Source: a virus. Taken from it: DNA of 64,000 nucleotides. The stretch is taken from the IMG/VR virus record IMGVR_UViG_3300006737_000020, positions 1 through 64,000 of that record, one strand, 5' to 3'. The notes under the pieces were generated by a model, which searched no databases, was not told the origin of the DNA, and worked only from the letters and a program-made list of their open reading frames with translations. Below are positions 59,001 through 64,000 of this stretch, in pieces. The position numbers were made by a program, and so were the translations under genes. Positions within the stretch are counted from its first letter, which is position 1. The number at the start of each line of letters is the position of its first letter.

Positions 59001-59224
59001 AATAAATCTGCTAAATTAGAAAAGAATTCAGATGTTAAATCAATTAACTCTGGTGACATATCTGTTTTTGCGTGTACAATATCTCCAGCAATATAAATAA
59101 TATCATTTTCTTGTTTTGTCTTTTTTATATAAGAATATAATCGTTTAAATACTTGTCTATATTCTTTATGACGTTTAACATTTCTTATATGTACATCTGC
59201 TATGTGATATATTCTATTTATCAT
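56093..59224 (-). CDS. Fused Mre11/SbcD nuclease and Rad50/SbcC ATPase (gp47-gp46-like)
   Basis: HIADVH, IAGD, GNHD, LGDIH; APNASGKS, CSYC hook, SGMEK, LAIDEGF. Start at 59224 inferred from the ATGA overlap with the primase stop. Confidence 0.93.
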   Translation of the reverse strand: MINRIYHIADVHIRNVKRHKEYRQVFKRLYSYIKKTKQENDIIYIAGDIVHAKTDMSPELIDLTSEFFSNLADLLPTIVILGNHDCNLNNNYRLDALSPIVKAINHKNLHYLKDNDVYDIQGVHFNVMAVDEKPAKYIKASDFEGNFKIALHHGSVHNASTDAGFTLSNTHVTTDMFIGHDLVLLGDIHKPQYLDDKKTIAYAGSLIQQNHGESLGHGIMIWDLKTKKSEFVEIENDYGYYTYEIDNGKIINPDSRVPKKPRLRLKVKDTDSGTLKQIIADIRSKYKVQDISIQKINALNTTDSKNKINFGNVRDVEWQNNVITEYLTDEFALDDELLDTVRHINRTVHSKLPTNTLTRNITWQPKKFEFSNMFSYGEDNEIDFSNMNGTYGLFAPNASGKSTLLDALAFTCFDRCSRTKKAAHVLNNKKSRFHCKFEFELGKYIYFIERTGKKNNRGHVKVDVNFWRVDKDGNEESLNGDQRDSTNKSIRQYLGSYEDFVLTALSLQNNNTGFIDKTQRERKDLLSQFLDIDIFEQQYLVGHEDIRETAALIREYKRKDFSTDLSTAREIISQYTGSYEQMKVDKTEHEEMKTNLNDIIFSLTKELKKVDDTLDSPDDIKYEITQLSDRIGNLKLDREHQKDLIKSQQKLIKEITQKINKIDEQSLKDALVELKDYNDTVIKLNNDLKLKQLKIQHAQKMVSKLDKHEWDEDCSYCMANPWLKETQQVADLLPKLIDEEQVLEFDIKHHEDGIAKIEHEDKPKEKLKVLADLKHSLGINNGTLIAYKHELEKCKWDIESINNDIRDKKKQLTKSQKQKDNIEFNKTKNSEISEIREEITTVSSELGQLHTKLLSLSGKLKMAEKSRQDAIDGINRLKSLEQQYQGYEYYQKAVQRNGVPYHLITRALPQIEAEINNILNQIVEFTIILHTDGKNINAFIVYDDDNYWPLELTSGMEKFISSLAIRTSLINVSNLPRPNFLAIDEGFGVLDSDNLNSMYMLFDYLKSQFGFIMCISHIDAMRDIVDKLIEIKKTNGYSNISYN

Positions 59225-60144
59225 ATTCCCATTATCCTTTGCTCTATTAGCCAACTAGAAGTAAGTTTTTCTGTTCCAGCTAATATGTTATTAATTTTTC
59301 CAAAACCTACTTCACTTGGATCTTTTTCTTTTAAGTCTACAAAATATACATCTACTCCATTTGCCATAAAATATTCAGCCGTTTCAATAGCTTGTTTTCT
59401 TGCATCCTGGTCAAGACATATATAAATTATTTTTACATTATTTTCTATAATACGATGTTTAAGTTGATCTGGTATTGTTTTACCAAATAATGGAATTGCA
59501 TTCCTTCTTATTGCAATTGCATCAAAAGCTCCTTCAACTAAACATACTGGATAATTCCAGTTAATATGTAACTCAAATCCTACAATATCTTTTGATACCT
59601 GTGGATTTTTATGTTTAAAATTATCATCTTCATAGTAAGCTCTTCCAACAAAGTAATTTAATACTCCATTTGCATCATAACTAGGAATAATAACCTTTCC
59701 TGAATATTGTCCAGTTTCGCAATATCCTATTCTATATTTAAGAATATCATGAATAGTAATACCTCGTTTTTTAAGATAATAAACCGCATTTCTATATTCT
59801 GGTGATAATGTGTTTATTTTCCATAATGGCTTGAACTCGGGTGGTAATTCTACTGCCTTTGTATTTGTAGTAGTTATTTTAGGTCTATATTCTGTTTCTT
59901 CAATATATTCAAATAATTTAGATATTTTAAATCGTTCAACTTTTAACTTTTTAAATAATGTAATTATTTTACGGCCTGCCGCATTACATACCCAGCAATG
60001 CCAGTGTTGAGAAAGGATGTTAACTTCTAACTTCTTTTTGTTATGATGGCAAAAAGGACAGTGAAAAGCTACATTGCCTTTATTAGTAGATCTACCCTTT
60101 CCAAGTACAGATTCTATTAATGTTAGTAATTTAAAATTCGTCAT
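59221..60144 (-). CDS. dnaG: DNA primase (DnaG/gp61-like)
   Basis: CPFC...HCWVC zinc finger; TOPRIM LVEGAFD, CLDQDA, KDP. Confidence 0.9.
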   Translation of the reverse strand: MTNFKLLTLIESVLGKGRSTNKGNVAFHCPFCHHNKKKLEVNILSQHWHCWVCNAAGRKIITLFKKLKVERFKISKLFEYIEETEYRPKITTTNTKAVELPPEFKPLWKINTLSPEYRNAVYYLKKRGITIHDILKYRIGYCETGQYSGKVIIPSYDANGVLNYFVGRAYYEDDNFKHKNPQVSKDIVGFELHINWNYPVCLVEGAFDAIAIRRNAIPLFGKTIPDQLKHRIIENNVKIIYICLDQDARKQAIETAEYFMANGVDVYFVDLKEKDPSEVGFGKINNILAGTEKLTSSWLIEQRIMGI

Positions 60145-60149
60145 GTATA

Positions 60150-60181
60150 CTAATATAAAGAAAACTTTTCAAATAACCAAA
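60150..60181 (-). promoter_or_regulatory. Class I promoter of the primase gene
   Basis: TTTG-N20-TATATTAG, ending 5 nt before the ATG. Confidence 0.72.
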
Positions 60182-60592
60182 TTATTTTTCAGAAAACCAT
60201 GAAGTTGGAATTGTTTTTTCTGCCCATGGAATTCCATGCTTATCACACCACATTCCATATGTAGTTGGTGAACCTTTTCTAATTTTTGTTTTACCAGACA
60301 TGAATACTATCCTTATATCTAACTCAGGATGTTGTTTTTTAATAAGTAAGTGTTTTTTACGGTCTTCTGCTACCCACCTTCCTTTTGTTTCAACTAGTAT
60401 TCCATTTGGTAATGTAAAATCAATTGTATAAGTATGTTTAGTTTCTGGTTTGATATATGGTATTACTGTTGTTTCATATTCAAACTTAATTTTGTTTTCT
60501 TTTAACTGATCTGATACTTTATGTTCGAATCCAGATCTATAACCATGTTTAATTGCATTTCTACGTAATTTACTTTTACTTCTCCAAGCCAT
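60182..60592 (-). CDS. T7 endonuclease I-like Holliday junction resolvase
   Basis: YRSGFE, YTIDFTLPNGILVETKG, DRKKHLLIKKQHPELDIRIVF. Confidence 0.92.
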   Translation of the reverse strand: MAWRSKSKLRRNAIKHGYRSGFEHKVSDQLKENKIKFEYETTVIPYIKPETKHTYTIDFTLPNGILVETKGRWVAEDRKKHLLIKKQHPELDIRIVFMSGKTKIRKGSPTTYGMWCDKHGIPWAEKTIPTSWFSEK

Positions 60593-60593
60593 A

Positions 60594-61262
60594 TTAATGA
60601 TAACCGTTTAATAATTCTAACAAATCATCTATTGCACTATGTCTATGTGAATCTTCTAATACACATTTAAATACATAAGCTGAATTTGTTAGTTTAGCCA
60701 TATCGTGGTAAGCTGAATAATTTTTATCTTTTAGATCGATTTGGTAAGAATCTCCACAAAATAACATTTTGGAATCTTTACCTAATCTACCAATTGCCAT
60801 CGCCAATTGTGATCTTGTTAAATTTTGAAACTCATCTACAATTACAATTGAATTATCAAAAGTTCTACCTCTAAAGTGAGCTAATGATACTAATTCAATT
60901 TGTTCAGACTTTTCCATTTTTTCTAATATAGGTGGTTTATTATAAACCTTTCTCATATTACTTCTAATTGGTACTAACCATGGTTCCATTTTTTCTCTTT
61001 CAGATCCAGGTAAGAATCCATTATCTTCTGTAGAAATAGTTGGTCTTGTAATTATTATTTTATTATATTGTTTTTTAAAAAATTGATCCAATGCTACTTG
61101 CACTGCTAATAGTGTTTTACCACTACCAGCTTTACCTACAATAAAATTATAAGGATGTTTTAGAATTTGTGTTTTTGCTTTCTTTTGTTCTGGTGATAAA
61201 GAAATAGAAAACCTTATAGCCCCTTTTGGCGGACTCTTAACCATATTATCTTTTACTGCCAT
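60594..61262 (-). CDS. phoH: PhoH-family ATPase
   Basis: GKAGSGKT, ITRP, GFLPG..REK, RGRTF, DEFQN, RLG, GD..QID, HRH. Confidence 0.93.
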   Translation of the reverse strand: MAVKDNMVKSPPKGAIRFSISLSPEQKKAKTQILKHPYNFIVGKAGSGKTLLAVQVALDQFFKKQYNKIIITRPTISTEDNGFLPGSEREKMEPWLVPIRSNMRKVYNKPPILEKMEKSEQIELVSLAHFRGRTFDNSIVIVDEFQNLTRSQLAMAIGRLGKDSKMLFCGDSYQIDLKDKNYSAYHDMAKLTNSAYVFKCVLEDSHRHSAIDDLLELLNGYH

Positions 61263-61301
61263 TCTCGTGACTCCTTTTATTAACCTATTTAATATAAATA
61301 T

Positions 61302-63437
61302 CTAGTAATCCCATTTAATTAGGAAATTCATATCAACATCATCTCGTTTTTGTACTGGTCTAGCCAATTTTGCTACAGCTAATAACTGTGCATTGTCGTC
61401 GTACAATCCAATTGTTGTTATATATGGTTTCCAGGCACTACTTGTAAATTGATTTTGTATCAATTCACTTTTTGGTTTACGTAATGTTGGATTCATACTA
61501 ACATTACATTCTCCCATTGGAACTTTACATAGTATTTCATTTTCATAAATAGTTCTAGACGATTTATGTTCTATATCAAAACCTTCTTGTAATGCATAAT
61601 GATATTTTGGTAATGGTGATGAAACTACTATTTGTCCTGATCTGTAAAATACATTACCTGCAACATTTGTTTGGTATGCACTACTACTCATCCAATGATT
61701 ATTTGCTAATGACTCTGCAGATGCAGAATGTAAATATGTATTGAAAATTCTTATTTCATCAATACTTCCTGATAAGGATGCATTACAATCCTCATCTAAT
61801 GCTCCAAACATTAAATGTGATGGATTCATTAAATTATCATCAGCTGTATGGAATTTATCTGTAACTCCACTTTCCCATACACCATTAACAAACATTGCAA
61901 GATCTGATCCTGATTTGCTACACATTACATGATACCAAGTATCATTAGACGATGTAACACATGTACTTGAAGTTACTTCCAATGTATCAATTCCATTACT
62001 TCTACTAAACAATATTTTTCCGGCCGGATATGTTGGATGATTTTTATTTGTAACACTTATATCATATGGAAATCTAGTACGATGTATATTTGTATTTCTA
62101 TAAAATGTTTTTCTATTTGATTTTCTATTTACTCTTACTAATTCTTGTTCAACACCTCGCTTTGTAATTATACAATTTGAACCAGATGTACGATATGCTG
62201 TTGATCCTGTATCTGATTGAGTTGGTGGTAATTTACACCAAAATGATATTGCAAAGTCTTGGTCTTGTCTAAAATTAAACTTATTATTATTTGGAGTAAT
62301 TATATATGCTTTTGAACCTGAATCAAATGCGGCTGCAATTCCTGAATTAGGAAAATTAATTCTAGATAAATGTACGTTATCTATAGTACCTGCTGCATTA
62401 CCTACTGGTGTTATATAAAGGTGGCTGGCATATGGTAAAGTACTTTTTATAACAAATTGATGAACACCTACTGTAGTGAAGGTGTCAGAAAAATTAGTTC
62501 CTTGACCGACAGAAACTTTGTATCCTGTTCCTGAAGTTAATGATTTTATTTCAAGTGATCCAGAATAAGTAATACCTGATCCACTATGCTGATGTCCATC
62601 AGGTACGGAGCCATAATTGAGGTTACCATTTGAAGATCCATCACTTGCTGCAACTCCACTTCCTATCGTCCAGTTAGAGTTTTTATTCCAATTGGTATCA
62701 GATGCAAAAGTAGGATTTGGTACTATTTCTGATCCTAATGTGATTCCACCTAAACCTGTTGTTTTAATACCTGGTTCATATCTTACTAAATGTGCTGTTG
62801 ATACAATATCCTTATTGATACGATTGGTATTCTGAATATGTTTATATGTTTTTCCTCTGGTATGAACTCCTAGACGACCAAAGTTTAATTCAAAATGACG
62901 AAACTCATCATTGAATCCCCAATATGCAATAGACTTTGATTGAGATATAAAACTACCAGTATTTATTGTATGGTCACGTAAATTTCCATATTTATCATCA
63001 TATAAATCTACTAATTGATAATCATCAGATCCTGTAAAAGATACATGCACTGATGTTTTCTTAATATTTTCTCCATGTTTAACATATGGTATTGCTACTA
63101 CACTACATGAATAAAATAAATTCTTTTCTGTATATCTTGGATTATAATGTTCCATAGTATGCATAGGAACATTTTTTGTTTCTGGTCTATAAAATAAATG
63201 GTCTATTGCTTTCCAAGTAGGAGTTTGATATGTTCCGTCTGGATTTCTTGCATTATCAGCATCTAGATTTGATGCACTAATTGGTGTAGTCTGTACATTA
63301 TGTATTCCATGTCGAACTACATATCCATCAGTTAGATATGATGTTTCATCTGTTTTAAATATTGTATTTGCTTCAAACGGTGTAATTGATACATCATCTT
63401 TATTAATTGGTCTGAAGACTACTGCTCTTGAAGCCAT
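61302..63437 (-). CDS. LamG-domain virion/baseplate protein
   Basis: FAISFW, WYHV, MFVNG, GSIDEIRIFN; C-terminal PYITTIGLYD...LLAVAKL..P. Confidence 0.75.
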   Translation of the reverse strand: MASRAVVFRPINKDDVSITPFEANTIFKTDETSYLTDGYVVRHGIHNVQTTPISASNLDADNARNPDGTYQTPTWKAIDHLFYRPETKNVPMHTMEHYNPRYTEKNLFYSCSVVAIPYVKHGENIKKTSVHVSFTGSDDYQLVDLYDDKYGNLRDHTINTGSFISQSKSIAYWGFNDEFRHFELNFGRLGVHTRGKTYKHIQNTNRINKDIVSTAHLVRYEPGIKTTGLGGITLGSEIVPNPTFASDTNWNKNSNWTIGSGVAASDGSSNGNLNYGSVPDGHQHSGSGITYSGSLEIKSLTSGTGYKVSVGQGTNFSDTFTTVGVHQFVIKSTLPYASHLYITPVGNAAGTIDNVHLSRINFPNSGIAAAFDSGSKAYIITPNNNKFNFRQDQDFAISFWCKLPPTQSDTGSTAYRTSGSNCIITKRGVEQELVRVNRKSNRKTFYRNTNIHRTRFPYDISVTNKNHPTYPAGKILFSRSNGIDTLEVTSSTCVTSSNDTWYHVMCSKSGSDLAMFVNGVWESGVTDKFHTADDNLMNPSHLMFGALDEDCNASLSGSIDEIRIFNTYLHSASAESLANNHWMSSSAYQTNVAGNVFYRSGQIVVSSPLPKYHYALQEGFDIEHKSSRTIYENEILCKVPMGECNVSMNPTLRKPKSELIQNQFTSSAWKPYITTIGLYDDNAQLLAVAKLARPVQKRDDVDMNFLIKWDY

Positions 63438-63455
63438 TTATATTCCCTTTATAGT

Positions 63456-63488
63456 AAAAACTCTCTTATACTTATAAATATAAGAGAG
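63456..63488 (-). terminator. Hairpin terminator with an embedded class II motif
   Basis: 10-bp inverted repeat CTCTCTTATA/TATAAGAGAG followed by T5; ATATTTATA at 63473-63481 lies inside it. Confidence 0.6.
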
Positions 63489-63523
63489 CTTTAAATATGA
63501 TGAATTATAACGATTAGAATCTA

Positions 63524-64000
63524 TTAGAAGTCTAATTTTACTTTAATTAATGCCTCTCTTGTAAATGATTTCAATAAAGGCTTACTTAATTTTGCAACTG
63601 CTAATAATTCTCTTCTATCATTATACATACCTACTGTAGTAATATAAACTTTAGGATCTCCAATAAATGATGATTGAGCAAATCTACCATTTGAACCGGT
63701 AACAAATGTTGGATTATTTGTAAAATTATATTCCGCATTTGTTGCTCTAACAAAATAATGAGTTGATGTTACTTTTTCAGATGACCTTGCTTGTATTCCT
63801 AATTTATCACCAGATGCATCAGATAGATATGCTCCTGAATGCGATATTGATGTAAATAATTTAAATGCATTATTACCTGCTATTTCTGAACCTGTTACAG
63901 TATTAAATCCTCCTGACACGTTTAATACATCTGCATTAAGTATTATAATTCCTAAATCTGGATATAATAAACCATAATGGTAAGGTGTTACTGAATTATA
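63524..64000 (-). CDS. Virion/baseplate protein (5' part outside the window)
   Basis: Frame open to 64000 (YNSVTPYHYGLLYPDLGIIILN...); C-terminal VYITTVGMYN...LLAVAKLSKP is paralogous to the neighbouring gene. Confidence 0.8.
   Translation of the reverse strand, partial: YNSVTPYHYGLLYPDLGIIILNADVLNVSGGFNTVTGSEIAGNNAFKLFTSISHSGAYLSDASGDKLGIQARSSEKVTSTHYFVRATNAEYNFTNNPTFVTGSNGRFAQSSFIGDPKVYITTVGMYNDRRELLAVAKLSKPLLKSFTREALIKVKLDF

Larger units (their letters stand above)
3941..63481 (-). promoter_or_regulatory. Class II (putative late) motif ATATTTAT(A/T), 18 dispersed intergenic copies
   Basis: Plus-strand (T/A)ATAAATAT starting at 3941, 4715, 5947, 17875, 19047, 19629, 21495, 21824, 24726, 31287, 34245, 38217, 40143, 43191, 45665, 56075, 61293 and 63473, each upstream of a minus-strand gene. 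Confidence 0.8.

Noticed and set aside
59225-59254. Longer start for the Mre11-Rad50 fusion
   Set aside because: It overlaps the primase gene; the ATG at 59224 gives a typical ATGA coupling directly before the first motif.
89-62835. All plus-strand ORFs in the track (e.g. 14409..14933, 33462..34022, 55216..55659)
   Set aside because: They are antisense shadows of well-supported minus-strand genes, with compositions mirroring the sense codons and no recognisable motifs.
3941-63481. Reading TATAAATA as T4-type late promoters driving plus-strand transcripts
   Set aside because: There are no plus-strand genes, and motif positions track minus-strand starts.
1-64000. Stop-codon reassignment, introns/inteins, tRNA genes
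   Set aside because: Core genes are full-length in the standard code and use TAA, TAG and TGA as stops. TerL, RecA, portal and capsid genes show no large insertions. Intergenic gaps are short and AT-rich, with no cloverleaf evident by eye (tRNAscan not run).

Overview
A 64 kb, AT-rich (roughly 30% GC by eye) segment of a large T4-like myovirus genome. Every credible gene lies on the minus strand in the standard genetic code. In transcription order (right to left) it holds: two baseplate/fibre-type proteins; PhoH; a T7 endonuclease I-like resolvase; primase; a fused Mre11-Rad50 (gp47-gp46); a 2985-aa modular fibre; an S74-chaperone fibre; a nucleotidyltransferase/ligase-like multidomain protein; holin; TerL; portal; prohead protease; ribosomal protein bS21; scaffold; major capsid; a repeat-rich fibre; neck, terminator, sheath and tube genes; a frameshift-linked tail chaperone pair; tape measure; baseplate genes; a highly divergent PolA; a PD-(D/E)xK protein; SSB; RecA/UvsX; a 5'-3' exonuclease; and a DnaB-type helicase (cut by the window edge). 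The bS21 sequence and promoter geometry point to a Bacteroidota host (inference). The most interesting signals are: (1) a two-tier expression code, with Bacteroidota-type -33/-7 promoters and leaderless or SD-less starts for replication genes and bS21, versus an 18-copy ATATTTAT(A/T) motif and GGAG Shine-Dalgarno sites for virion genes, suggesting a bS21-linked translational switch; (2) a thumb-less PolA with altered catalytic motifs; (3) candidate capsid-packaged enzymes punctuated by prohead-protease (I/L)-x-E sites; (4) a U7 +1/-2 frameshift; and (5) pervasive [ST]-[GAS]-S motifs in outer virion proteins. All calls come from reading motifs; no database searches were run.
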